A program made the translations under genes and the position numbers. Under the pieces are notes generated by a model. The model did no database searches. It had not been told where the DNA came from and was given only the letters and a program-made list of their open reading frames with translations. 42,031 nt of DNA from Escherichia phage vB_EcoS-Ro145clw, in the sequence record MG852086.2; one strand, written 5' to 3'. This document shows positions 8,193 to 17,625 of the stretch, one piece after another. The stretch's first letter is position 1, and each line of letters starts with the position of its first letter.

Positions 8193-8384
8193 TCACTTCT
8201 CGTTAACATTCGAGTTGCACGCCCAGATTAAAATAAATACCCACGGCAGCAGAACCCAACCAAGAAACAGGTTAGCCATGAATATCGCCAACTTCGCTTT
8301 ATGGTTACGGAAATATGCAACCAGGAAAGGCGCGAAATAAGCGAGCAGTGCAAACAGAATTAAGGAAACTGGTAAACTTGACAT
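8193..8384 (-). CDS. small membrane protein, superinfection-immunity (Imm)-like family (putative)
   Basis: 63 aa from the second ATG (SD AAGGGG); two hydrophobic segments; YFAPFLVAYFRNHK...NLFLGWVLLPW resembles the Imm-type superinfection immunity family as remembered. Confidence 0.45.
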   Translation of the reverse strand: MSSLPVSLILFALLAYFAPFLVAYFRNHKAKLAIFMANLFLGWVLLPWVFILIWACNSNVNEK

Positions 8385-8414
8385 TTTAAACCCCTTCATT
8401 GTTGGTGTAAGTGA

Positions 8415-8443
8415 ATAGTACCCTATTATATTGGGGTGTGCAA
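8415..8443 (-). promoter_or_regulatory. sigma70-like promoter TTGCAC-N17-TACTAT with embedded AATAG-N4-CTATT inverted repeat (site A)
   Basis: Minus strand reads TTGCACACCCCAATATAATAGGGTACTATTCACTT; nearly identical to sites at 29385, 30614 and 40699. Confidence 0.5.
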
Positions 8444-8551
8444 GTAATGTGATAGAATAATTTTGCGCCTAGTGTCGCACACGAAAAGCGGGTGGTTCCC
8501 GTCTGGCGCATTTATCGATAACCTGTAACCTCTTAACCAAAGGATTAAAGA

Positions 8552-8971
8552 ATGAAACTTTCTGATTTTTATTTCGAAGAGAAAGCACTGGTAGGCAAGA
8601 AAATGCCGATTCTGCTGCCGAATGGCGAAGACTCCGGCGAGTGGCTTAATGTTGTAAGCCCTGATGCGGATGCCGCCGTTAAAGCGGGGCGTGCTTTCAT
8701 TATCGCGTACCGTCGCGGACTGGCGCGTTTTGAAGAACTGGAAAAAACCGCTAAAGCCTCCGGCGACTATACAGAATATAACCTGGCGATTAATGAACTG
8801 GCGGAAGACCTCAACCGGCAACTCGCGGCTGAAGTCGTAAACGGCTGGAGCTTCGACGACGAGCCTTTCTCTAAGGAAGCGTTTAACAAATTGCTCGACC
8901 AGTTCAAAGGGCTTGGAACCCAGGTAGCCGCGTTCCATAACGCTGAGCGCAAAGCATTACAGGAAAAGTAG
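8552..8971 (+). CDS. tail assembly chaperone (gpG-like, putative)
   Basis: 139 aa acidic ORF with SD AAGGA immediately upstream of the tape-measure gene; followed by a -1 frame overlapping ORF. Confidence 0.5.
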   Translation: MKLSDFYFEEKALVGKKMPILLPNGEDSGEWLNVVSPDADAAVKAGRAFIIAYRRGLARFEELEKTAKASGDYTEYNLAINELAEDLNRQLAAEVVNGWSFDDEPFSKEAFNKLLDQFKGLGTQVAAFHNAERKALQEK

Positions 8972-9336
8972 ACGCGCTGTACAGGTTCGCCACCTACGAG
9001 TTTGTGGATAAGCATAAAATCAGAGAGTTTGATTCTATAGCTGACGGACATGAACAGGCGCTTATCGCGATGGGTGTAATCGATAAGAAAAAACGTGCAG
9101 CGCGACGGGGTGGGCCAGAATGTCCGCCCCTTTTCATATCCACCTTTGAGACGTATTGCGACATTAAGTTTACGCGACACGTGCGCGAGGACGCTGTAGT
9201 ATTGTTTGCAAGAGAATCCGTTACGTGGCAAGACCTGAAAGCCTATCTCGACGTTACACAAAAACAGCTTAGCCTGTTCGAGATAGACATTATCATGGGC
9301 TTAGAAGCAATCTTTGAAGGTAGAAACCATGGCTGA
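8947..9336 (+). CDS. -1 frame extension ORF (gpT-like; candidate G-T frameshift product)
   Basis: Frame -1 relative to 8552..8971 is open from 8947 to TGA at 9334..9336; overlaps the last 8 codons of the chaperone gene; candidate slip region AGGAAAAG at 8961..8968; independent GTG at 9004 also possible. Confidence 0.4.
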   Translation, partial: AQSITGKVDALYRFATYEFVDKHKIREFDSIADGHEQALIAMGVIDKKKRAARRGGPECPPLFISTFETYCDIKFTRHVREDAVVLFARESVTWQDLKAYLDVTQKQLSLFEIDIIMGLEAIFEGRNHG

Positions 9337-11599
9337 TATCGCTAGCTTGATAGTACGAGTATCCGCAACCGGCGTCGATAAAGTCACATCACAACTGAAC
9401 GGGCTTACTAAAGCCGCAGGCGCTGCGGCTGCCGCCGTTGTCAGCCTGGAAACCGCTAAGCAGGTGTTCAGTGCGCTGGTGGACTCCCAGCGAAACTTCG
9501 ATAAGCTGAACTCCGGCCTCATCACAATGACCGGGAGTGCTGAGAACGCGGCTAAGGCTTTCAGCGTCCTGCAACAGTTCGCGAAAGAAACCCCGTACGG
9601 CCTCAACCAGGCGGTGGAAGGCTTTACTAAACTTGTAGCCCTCGGCCTGAACCCCAGCAAAGAGGCGTTAATCTCCTACGGCAACACCGCCGCTGCGATG
9701 GGTAAAGACCTTAATCAGATGATTGAGGCCGTGGCGGACGCCAGTACATTTGAATTTGAGCGACTGAAAGAGTTCGGTATTAAGTCTTCCCAACAGGCAG
9801 ATACCGTTTCGTTCACGTTCCGCGGCGTAACGACCACAGTTAAGAAGAACTCCGAAGAAATTCAGAAATACCTGCTAAACATCGGTAACACTGATTTCGC
9901 CGGGGCGATGGAAACGCGTTCGAAAACCCTTGACGGGCAGTTATCTAGCCTCGCGGACTCCTTTGACGGCCTTGTACTTGCGGTGGCGCAATCAGGTTTC
10001 GGCGACGCCGTAGGTGAGCAAGCTGCGACAGCGGAAGATGCCATCACGGCCCTAACCGATGCCATCGCGTCTAATGAGATAGCAGCCACGCTCCAGGATT
10101 GGGTGACACTGTTCAATGAATCGTTCAAGTTTATTTCTGACGCTTTGAACGATCTGGCATACGACACCGAGGACAAATCCGTGGATATGTCCGACTCGCT
10201 GGGGACTATCCCGGACGCTATTCGTGAGTGGTTGCCTGACATTCAGCAGACATTCCACGAGGTTATTGCGTGGTTCCAGCGCATTGACGATTACGCGGTC
10301 GCGTTAGGCCAGACCCTCGCCGACGTGTTCGACCCGAGCAAAACGGCAGCGCTAACATTTAAAAACCTGACCGCAGAGGCCGACGCCGCATACGCCGCCA
10401 GCATAAAACGCGCAGAGGCCGAATCACAGGCTATCACCAACAGGTCTAAGCAGCGTAAGAAAGAAATTGAGGAACAGCGCAAGCAGTATGACGAGCGCAA
10501 GAAGCAAGAAATTGACTTAGCCAGCCTTGTTAATAAAAAGAGCGGAAATGGTGGAACCGGAAATACCAACGACAAAGACGCGAAAGCCGCCGCTAAGAAA
10601 GCGGAGCAATTGCGTAAACAGGCCCAGGATTATCTCGACACTTTGGCCCGTCAGAACAACGACGAATTAAAGGCTATTGACGCACAGGAACAGCAGAAAC
10701 TGGCTAAGGCAAAAGAGTTCTACAACCAGGGCGCGTTGGCTCTGAAAGAATACGAGCAAGCAAAAACGGCTATCGTCCTCGAAGCCGGACAAGCACGGCA
10801 GGAAGAGCTGGATAAGCGAGAGAAAGAACGGCAGGAAAAGCAGCAGAAAGGTGAAGACTTCATGGCTCAGATTATGGGTCAGAATGCCGCCGAGCTTGAG
10901 CTTCTGGAAATTCAGGAACAACAAAAACTGGACGTTGCGGACCGATACCGCGAACAGAACCTTATTAATGAGGAGCAGTACCAGGCTGCGGTTAATGCCA
11001 TAAATGACCAATATGCTTTGAAGCGCGCCAACGCTACAGGTAACGCTTTCGGGATGATGGCGGATAACATGAAGGCCTCACTAGGGGAGGCGTCGTCCGC
11101 GTACAAAGCATTCGCTATTGCTCAGGCCACAATCGCCACATACACCTCCGCTATTGAGGCTTATAAATCAGCGTCCGCTATCCCCGTGATTGGCTGGGTT
11201 ATGGGGCCAATTGCCGCCGCCGCCGCCGTAGCCGCCGGTATGGCTAACATAGGTAAGATTCGTTCGGCTCGTGAACAGGGTGGTCAATTATCCGCGGGCC
11301 AGATGTCCACCATCGCTGAACGCGGTAAACCGGAGGTTATCATGCCTGCGGGGGCATCGCGTGTGCGCACCGCGCAGCAGATGAAAGAGATTATGGGGCA
11401 AAACGGCGGAAACTCCGGCGGTGACAGCGTGACAATTGTCAACAACACCACCGGGCGAGTTGATTCTGCGGTAACAGAACGTGATGACGAAGGGCGTTTA
11501 CGTATTATAATCAGTGAAACAGTATCGGCGGCGTTACAGGACAGCAACAGCGCAATCTCTAAGTCACGCCGTGCTACACGAAACCAGCCGGGGTATTAA
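9329..11599 (+). CDS. tail tape measure protein
   Basis: 756 aa from ATG 9329 (SD GAAGG); long coiled-coil middle with repeated EQQKL segments; C-terminal hydrophobic Ala/Gly-rich segment; follows chaperone pair. Confidence 0.8.
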   Translation: MADIASLIVRVSATGVDKVTSQLNGLTKAAGAAAAAVVSLETAKQVFSALVDSQRNFDKLNSGLITMTGSAENAAKAFSVLQQFAKETPYGLNQAVEGFTKLVALGLNPSKEALISYGNTAAAMGKDLNQMIEAVADASTFEFERLKEFGIKSSQQADTVSFTFRGVTTTVKKNSEEIQKYLLNIGNTDFAGAMETRSKTLDGQLSSLADSFDGLVLAVAQSGFGDAVGEQAATAEDAITALTDAIASNEIAATLQDWVTLFNESFKFISDALNDLAYDTEDKSVDMSDSLGTIPDAIREWLPDIQQTFHEVIAWFQRIDDYAVALGQTLADVFDPSKTAALTFKNLTAEADAAYAASIKRAEAESQAITNRSKQRKKEIEEQRKQYDERKKQEIDLASLVNKKSGNGGTGNTNDKDAKAAAKKAEQLRKQAQDYLDTLARQNNDELKAIDAQEQQKLAKAKEFYNQGALALKEYEQAKTAIVLEAGQARQEELDKREKERQEKQQKGEDFMAQIMGQNAAELELLEIQEQQKLDVADRYREQNLINEEQYQAAVNAINDQYALKRANATGNAFGMMADNMKASLGEASSAYKAFAIAQATIATYTSAIEAYKSASAIPVIGWVMGPIAAAAAVAAGMANIGKIRSAREQGGQLSAGQMSTIAERGKPEVIMPAGASRVRTAQQMKEIMGQNGGNSGGDSVTIVNNTTGRVDSAVTERDDEGRLRIIISETVSAALQDSNSAISKSRRATRNQPGY

Positions 11600-11602
11600 A
11601 CT

Positions 11603-12097
11603 ATGTCTTCTTTAAGGTTCCCAATGTCCCTTCGGCCAATAGTGTCGAAGGGGTACTCCCAAACGCGAGGGAGTAATATCTGGCGTACAGAAGTTCAGGG
11701 TGGCGTACCTCGCCAGGGGCGTGATACATACTTTGAACCGGTGCCGATTAGCGTTACCCTGGTCGTATCGTCACTAGGCCGCCAGGCTTTCTATAGCTTC
11801 CTGAATAACATAGACGGCGGTGCGTCGTCGTTCATCATGCCCCACGACACCGGGTTAGGTATCGAAGACCACCAGGTGCTTATTACGTCAGACATTAGTG
11901 ACAGTACTGATGACGGTAAGAACTGGGTTATTACGTTCACAGCAACAGCAGAACGCACTGCGATTCAGGAAGACACATGTCTTACGAAGAATCTTCCTGA
12001 TTTGTTCGGTTGCTATGGTGATTGTTTAGGAGGGTTCCTCAAAGCATACGGAACCGCGCAATCAACGTTTCCACGAATTTGGGACCCGATGCAATGA
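11603..12097 (+). CDS. minor tail protein, lambda gpM-like
   Basis: 164 aa; GYSQ...SVTLV...FLNNIDGG resembles lambda gpM (GYSQR...SVTLSV...FLEEHGG); follows tape measure. Confidence 0.55.
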   Translation: MSSLRFPMSLRPIVSKGYSQTRGSNIWRTEVQGGVPRQGRDTYFEPVPISVTLVVSSLGRQAFYSFLNNIDGGASSFIMPHDTGLGIEDHQVLITSDISDSTDDGKNWVITFTATAERTAIQEDTCLTKNLPDLFGCYGDCLGGFLKAYGTAQSTFPRIWDPMQ

Positions 12098-12609
12098 GCC
12101 AGGAATCAGTAGAAGCCGCATATCGCCGTAAGCTGGCTTCTAACCCTGACGGCGAAATTGACTACACGACGCTGGAGATAGTTCACCCGCTTCTTTCGAA
12201 GCGGTATTTGCTTGTTCGCGGAACTTCCGACCTAACGGCGACGTTAGAGACTGGTGAAGTCGTTACGTTTGAGGCTACGCCTATGGAGGCTAAAGGGGCC
12301 GCCAACAATAACGACATGGACCAGCGAGCATCGTTCGCATTGCCCGATATTGGAAACCAGTTAGACGATGAGATGGATAGGATACCGCCCGATAATACCG
12401 TGTTGCCTAAGTTTATATTCCGCCGTTTTGTTAGTACCGATTTGTCTTACCCGGCTGACGGGCCTGTTGTGTACGAGTTGCAGTCGATAAACCAGGAGAA
12501 GGGGTTATTCACGGCGGATGTTGGCGTTCCTATGTTGAACCAAAGAGCCACTGGCGAGTTAATGACTCCTTCAGTAATCCCATTGTTACGTGGTATTTTG
12601 TCTACATGA
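12094..12609 (+). CDS. minor tail protein (gpL-position, putative)
   Basis: ATG 12094 overlaps upstream stop (ATGA); 171 aa; positional call. Confidence 0.45.
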   Translation: MSQESVEAAYRRKLASNPDGEIDYTTLEIVHPLLSKRYLLVRGTSDLTATLETGEVVTFEATPMEAKGAANNNDMDQRASFALPDIGNQLDDEMDRIPPDNTVLPKFIFRRFVSTDLSYPADGPVVYELQSINQEKGLFTADVGVPMLNQRATGELMTPSVIPLLRGILST

Positions 12610-12971
12610 ACATTAATTCTTATACTGGTCTTCCGTATGATTTTCGCCGCCGTAATTGCTGGCACCATGTGTGTAACGTTCGCGCGGACGCGGGGCTCCC
12701 CACGCCCGAGTTTAACGTCGCTTCGCCAACACAGATTAATGATGCCTTTGAAGAAGGCCATAAAGACACTAAAGGCCTCGTACACGTAGAAACTCCGCAA
12801 AACTTCGATGTCGTTCTGATGGCAACGCGACACAGAAACCGTGTAATCTGGCACGCTGGCGTATATTATGGTGGTATGGTCAGTCATTGCGAGCTAGCTA
12901 GTCGCCAGGTACGGTTAGACCGACTGGAAGACTTGCGCGAAACTTATGCGGAGATAGAATTTTGGCGCTGA
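12606..12971 (+). CDS. small NlpC/P60-like cysteine peptidase-domain tail protein (gpK-like, putative)
   Basis: 121 aa; ATGA overlap; conserved Cys (RRRNCWHHV) and downstream His (VIWHAGVYY, MVSHCE) spaced like NlpC/P60 catalytic residues. Confidence 0.45.
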   Translation: MNINSYTGLPYDFRRRNCWHHVCNVRADAGLPTPEFNVASPTQINDAFEEGHKDTKGLVHVETPQNFDVVLMATRHRNRVIWHAGVYYGGMVSHCELASRQVRLDRLEDLRETYAEIEFWR

Positions 12972-15517
12972 TATTACACTACACCCGTAACGAAGACGGT
13001 ACTTTCGACCGCAAACGGTACAACGTACCGCCGATGGAATACGTCGTTGCTAACATCCCTGACGGGGTGCCGGTACGTATTTACCGGGGCGAGATTGGCG
13101 AGGATACGGAAGTAACGGAAGATTTCGAAGCGCTGAAAGAAGACGACGTATTCCATATTATCGAAGGTGCTGGTGGCGGTGGCGGTTTTCTCGGAAAACT
13201 GCTTGACCCATTGGGTGTGCTTAAGTTTATCACTAAACTGATTTCCCCGTCGCAGAAAACGCCTAAAACTAGTTTAGCTAACCAGCAGGCGGAGTCGCCA
13301 AACAACAACCTGACGGACCGAAACAATAAACCTCGCCCGTATGAGCGGTCGTATGATATTTGCGGCAGGGTACAGACTATCCCTAATGACCTCATGACTA
13401 CCTATAAAATATTCGATGAATCCGGCCGAATTATCGAGTATGGATACTACGACGCCGGTCGAGGTTACCTGGATATCAAAGCAGAAGACATTACTGACGG
13501 CGATACTAAAGTACAGGAGATTACAGGTACATCTGTCGCGGTGTATGCGCCGTTTACATCGCCTAACAATACAAATACTCCTCAGCTTCTGGTGGGGGAA
13601 CCTATCAATCAGAATCTTTATATAACTATCGCTTCTAATGAAGTAGACGGAGCCGTTCTTAAAGCCCGTAACGATATAAGGGTTAACCCTAGCGACACGG
13701 GCCGTGTGAGATATGACTCTGCTACAAAAATTGGATACCTGTATGATGGCACGGGGGATTCTGGCTTCGCGGAAATATTATCTGTTGGCGATACCGCGTC
13801 GTTCAATAACTTTGACGTTCCGGACGTAACAAATACCAACGGCAACTTTCGTGTTCTTTATGTCGATAACTTCGAGCTGCGGGTCGACACCGGCGGCGCG
13901 TCTAACTGGGCTGCTTTAGGTTCAACCACCTATTCACTTTCCCCGAGAAGTGACACGTGGGTGGGCCCTGTGAATACGTATGAAAGAACATTAACCGACT
14001 GGACCACCTTAAACCGCCTGGAAGTTGAACGAGTAGTTGCTAACATTGCCGCCGCGAATGGCATGTACAAGGACAACGGCAGTAAATTGCGCACCGCTGT
14101 AACTGTAGAGCTTCAATATCAGCTACTAGATGAATCCGGGGCACCGTACGGAAGCATTTACTCGAAACAGGCCACTATATCCGGGCGGTCCGCAGATTAC
14201 ACCGGGGTCACCATTTACGCCGACCTGCCCGTGCGGTCGAAAGTCAGGGTACGCGCCCGGCGTGTTACCAACCTGGACCTCGATTTCGAGGGCACCGTGG
14301 TAGACGAGGTTTCCTACATCAACCTTTACGGGCAGGTCCGCGACACTACGCCGCATTACGGCAACCGTACTACTGTACACTCTGCACGTAAGCAGACGCC
14401 GCGGGCCGCAGAGATTAAGCAGCCGCAGCTACGTATGGTCGCGACGGAGATGGTGTACAAATACCTCGGCAACGGCGTATTTGACGCGGTTATGACACCT
14501 AATACCCAAGCCGTTCAGTCGTTAATACGCCTGGCGCGGGACCCAGTAGTAGGAAACCTCAATCTCACCACGGCTAACATGGATAAGTTGTTGGCTACGC
14601 AAGCAGAGATTGAAAATTATTTCGGAAATGCTGAGGCTGGGCAGTTCTGCTACACATTCGATGATTACAAAACGACTATGCAGGACATCATCAGCACAAT
14701 AGCTGATGCTATTTTCTGCACGCCATATCGTAAAGGGCAAGACATATTACTGGATTTCGAGCGCCCTCGTATGGGGCCGGAGATGGTATTCACCCACCGC
14801 AGTAAAACAACGGCATCCGAGAGGTGGACTAGGACATTCAACGACGCTCAGGTATACGATAGTCTTAAGTTCTCCTACATCGACCCAGATACCAACGTAA
14901 AAGAGACTATTAGCATTCCAGCCGAAGGTGGTGTTAATACCGAAACGTATGACTCCAAGGGTATACGTAATTATCGCCAGGCGTACTGGGCGGCGTACCG
15001 CCGCTACCAGAAAAACCTGTTGAAGAAGGTAACGGTATCATTCACGGCGACAGAAGAAGGGATTTTTGCAATGCCTGGGCGTGCGGTAAGTGTGGTAAAA
15101 GGTTCGCGTATGGCTCCACAAGACGGCTATGTAATCGCCGTTAACGGGCTTACGCTTACTCTTTCTCGGCCGGTCGCGTTTACTCCTGGGGATGACCACT
15201 CACTGATTCTTAAGAAGCGAGACGGGGGAGTTCAAAGTGTTGCCGTTGTGCCTGGAAGCCACGACCGTGAAGTGGTTATGCTATCCGCGCCGCAGGAGGC
15301 AATTTACACGGGGAATAGCGCACTAAAAACTGAGTTTTCATTCGGCAACGAAGCAAGGCATAATGCTCAGATGATTCTTGTTTCTACAGTTGACCCCGGA
15401 GATGACAGAACAGTTAAGATTACCGGGATTAACTATGAAGCAGATTTCTATAAATACGACGGCGTCGCGCCTTTCGGTCGCGGTTTCTCCGACGGATTCA
15501 GCAACGGTTTTAGTTAA
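12962..15517 (+). CDS. tail tip / host-specificity protein with gpI-like N-terminal region
   Basis: 851 aa, TTG start with SD GGAGA; N-terminus (VRIYRGEIG...GAGGGGGFLGKLL...) resembles lambda gpI-type assembly domain; large C-terminal body; position before tailspike. Confidence 0.55.
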   Translation: MALILHYTRNEDGTFDRKRYNVPPMEYVVANIPDGVPVRIYRGEIGEDTEVTEDFEALKEDDVFHIIEGAGGGGGFLGKLLDPLGVLKFITKLISPSQKTPKTSLANQQAESPNNNLTDRNNKPRPYERSYDICGRVQTIPNDLMTTYKIFDESGRIIEYGYYDAGRGYLDIKAEDITDGDTKVQEITGTSVAVYAPFTSPNNTNTPQLLVGEPINQNLYITIASNEVDGAVLKARNDIRVNPSDTGRVRYDSATKIGYLYDGTGDSGFAEILSVGDTASFNNFDVPDVTNTNGNFRVLYVDNFELRVDTGGASNWAALGSTTYSLSPRSDTWVGPVNTYERTLTDWTTLNRLEVERVVANIAAANGMYKDNGSKLRTAVTVELQYQLLDESGAPYGSIYSKQATISGRSADYTGVTIYADLPVRSKVRVRARRVTNLDLDFEGTVVDEVSYINLYGQVRDTTPHYGNRTTVHSARKQTPRAAEIKQPQLRMVATEMVYKYLGNGVFDAVMTPNTQAVQSLIRLARDPVVGNLNLTTANMDKLLATQAEIENYFGNAEAGQFCYTFDDYKTTMQDIISTIADAIFCTPYRKGQDILLDFERPRMGPEMVFTHRSKTTASERWTRTFNDAQVYDSLKFSYIDPDTNVKETISIPAEGGVNTETYDSKGIRNYRQAYWAAYRRYQKNLLKKVTVSFTATEEGIFAMPGRAVSVVKGSRMAPQDGYVIAVNGLTLTLSRPVAFTPGDDHSLILKKRDGGVQSVAVVPGSHDREVVMLSAPQEAIYTGNSALKTEFSFGNEARHNAQMILVSTVDPGDDRTVKITGINYEADFYKYDGVAPFGRGFSDGFSNGFS

Positions 15518-15529
15518 AGAGGACTCTAT

Positions 15530-17620
15530 ATGTCAAGCGGATGCGGTGACGTTTTAAGCTTGGCGGATTTACAAACCGCCAAGAAACACCAGATTTTTGA
15601 AGCCGAGGTTATCACCGGTAAATCCGGCGGTGTTGCTACGGGAGCTGATATCGATTACGCGACCAACCCTGTTACCGGCCAGACTCAAAAGACGCTACCC
15701 GCCGTGTTGCGTGACGCTGGTTTTTCACCCGTGTCATGGGACTTCGCCACTGGCGGAACGTTAACAGTTAGTGACCGCGACAAAGTGGTGTACGACCCTG
15801 TAAGTGAAACATGGTACTCATACGCAGGTACACTACCTGTTACAGTCCCCGCTGGTTTTAACCCTGTTGGTAATGCGGACTGGAAGCCGCAGACAGACCC
15901 GGATTTGAGGTCCGATTTAACCGCCCCATCATCGGGTCTTATTGTCGATGCATCCAATATTTTCATCAAAGCTAGTTCTCCTGGTACAAAGGATGTTCCG
16001 TTAAACACATTTGCGGGCCAGATGGTTAGTTTACTTAATTTCCAGGGAGTGGTAGCCGATGGTATAACCGATACACGAGCCGGGGTGCAAGCTGCGATAG
16101 ACGCGTGTGCTCTCGCTGGGGTTACGTTATATATCCCAGACGGTGTGTATGCTTTCGGAAACTTCTTCACCCAACCTTCTAATTCTAAGCTAGTTTTCGG
16201 TGAAAATGCATGGTTTAAACTACTAAATAACACCACCTGGCCTGGGCTTGGCGGTATAGGCCACTTCCACAACACCGGAACTAACTACAATGATTTCCTT
16301 AATACGGACGGTGAAACTATTAAGTATGTAGAAGCTACCAATGTAGTCACTGTAGGAATGAAGCTGGACTGTAACAATATTGAGGGTGAAAACGGCATTT
16401 CATCAGCATGGGGTTCTAATATCCGCCATATCCGCCCTATAGTTAAGAATACAGTACACACAAACACCGCTCTAGGCGGTAGGGCGTTTCAGATAGAAGG
16501 TGAGCTAAACCAAGATATTGTAGTATCAGATGCCACTATTATTGATTGCTCTATTGGGTGCAATAGCCAAGGTTTAGCAGGCAGCACAACCGCCAACACC
16601 CGCGCAGTAACTTACGACGGTATTTTCATGAAAAATGTTGGAGTACCATTTAACATCGATGGGCAGGTATCCAACCCCGAAACCGCAGACGGCAGAGTAC
16701 ATTCAGTAACCGCATACAATGTAACATTGCATAATTGTGGCGGGCCGAAAGCACCATTTGCATCCCAATTAGACGGCGGCATTATTTGCGGGGATCGTGG
16801 GGCTGGTTTAGCAATATACGGTCTTCGTTTGATAAATGAGGATTCTTATGGTGGTATAGGCGCGGTGTTTAGAGGGGTTATTTATAACGTAGCTATACAC
16901 GACGCAGATTTAACAGCCCCTTATATTAGTGCCATTGTCGACCACACTCCGCCGGGGTTTGGCTCACCATCACTGGCAGCATTAGGCGGTTTTGTGTCGA
17001 CAAGGAACGTTAAAGTAAACGCGAATATTGACTACATAGCTAATGGGCCTAACAACAGTATAGGTCCTCACAGCCTTAGATTAGATATAGATATGGCTAA
17101 GGCATCTATTACAACATTGTTTGGTTCGAGCATAGCCTCGGACCCTACCACGCTGGCTATGGTGGAAATATTAGATACCAACACCGGGACAAGTAGTGGG
17201 TATCGGTCCTTTGGGGACATATACCGTGAAGGCAACTCCCCATCTGTCTGTATAAAACGAAAAGATTCCATCGGGCCTGTAGTCCCGGTTGATGCGTCTG
17301 GCGCGAGTCTACCCCTTACCCCTAATGGGGTCCAACGTTTTGTTAGAAATGGAAATACCGTCACAATATCTATCGATGTAACTTACCCAACCACAGCGGA
17401 CTCTCGCCCTGCGACCATATCAGGTATTCCGGTTCCAGGAGTAACAGGAGTAAATTATTGCGGCATTGGTACTGTTCTTAACGGTGCTGCTGCTGGTACT
17501 ATTGCGGTGGTTAAAGGTGGGGAAAATTTTATAAGACTTTTAACTCCAACCGGCTCCAATACCCTAAACAGTGATTTATCTGGTAAAAATATTTCTATAT
17601 CACTTACGTATATGTTCTGA
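15530..17620 (+). CDS. tailspike / receptor-binding depolymerase with pectate-lyase-like beta-helix
   Basis: 696 aa; SD AAGAGGA; GC-rich N-terminal anchor domain; central GVTDTRAGVQAAIDACALAGVTLYIPDGVYAF typical of pectate_lyase_3 beta-helix N-cap; AT-richer C-terminal two thirds. Confidence 0.7.
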   Translation: MSSGCGDVLSLADLQTAKKHQIFEAEVITGKSGGVATGADIDYATNPVTGQTQKTLPAVLRDAGFSPVSWDFATGGTLTVSDRDKVVYDPVSETWYSYAGTLPVTVPAGFNPVGNADWKPQTDPDLRSDLTAPSSGLIVDASNIFIKASSPGTKDVPLNTFAGQMVSLLNFQGVVADGITDTRAGVQAAIDACALAGVTLYIPDGVYAFGNFFTQPSNSKLVFGENAWFKLLNNTTWPGLGGIGHFHNTGTNYNDFLNTDGETIKYVEATNVVTVGMKLDCNNIEGENGISSAWGSNIRHIRPIVKNTVHTNTALGGRAFQIEGELNQDIVVSDATIIDCSIGCNSQGLAGSTTANTRAVTYDGIFMKNVGVPFNIDGQVSNPETADGRVHSVTAYNVTLHNCGGPKAPFASQLDGGIICGDRGAGLAIYGLRLINEDSYGGIGAVFRGVIYNVAIHDADLTAPYISAIVDHTPPGFGSPSLAALGGFVSTRNVKVNANIDYIANGPNNSIGPHSLRLDIDMAKASITTLFGSSIASDPTTLAMVEILDTNTGTSSGYRSFGDIYREGNSPSVCIKRKDSIGPVVPVDASGASLPLTPNGVQRFVRNGNTVTISIDVTYPTTADSRPATISGIPVPGVTGVNYCGIGTVLNGAAAGTIAVVKGGENFIRLLTPTGSNTLNSDLSGKNISISLTYMF

Positions 17621-17625
17621 TAACT

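Noticed and set aside
8402-8432. Rightward promoter on the plus strand at site A for the tail chaperone genes (shared ACCCTATTATATT with the 33492 promoter)
   Set aside because: No acceptable -35 hexamer at 17 to 18 nt spacing; the transcription source for 8552 onward remains unresolved.
9862-11106. Several minus-strand ORFs (9862..10242, 10291..10575, 10667..11011, 10912..11106) inside the tape-measure gene
   Set aside because: Antisense to a long, motif-supported coiled-coil gene; Leu/Ser/Phe-rich composition typical of the reverse strand of a Glu/Lys/Gln-rich coding region.
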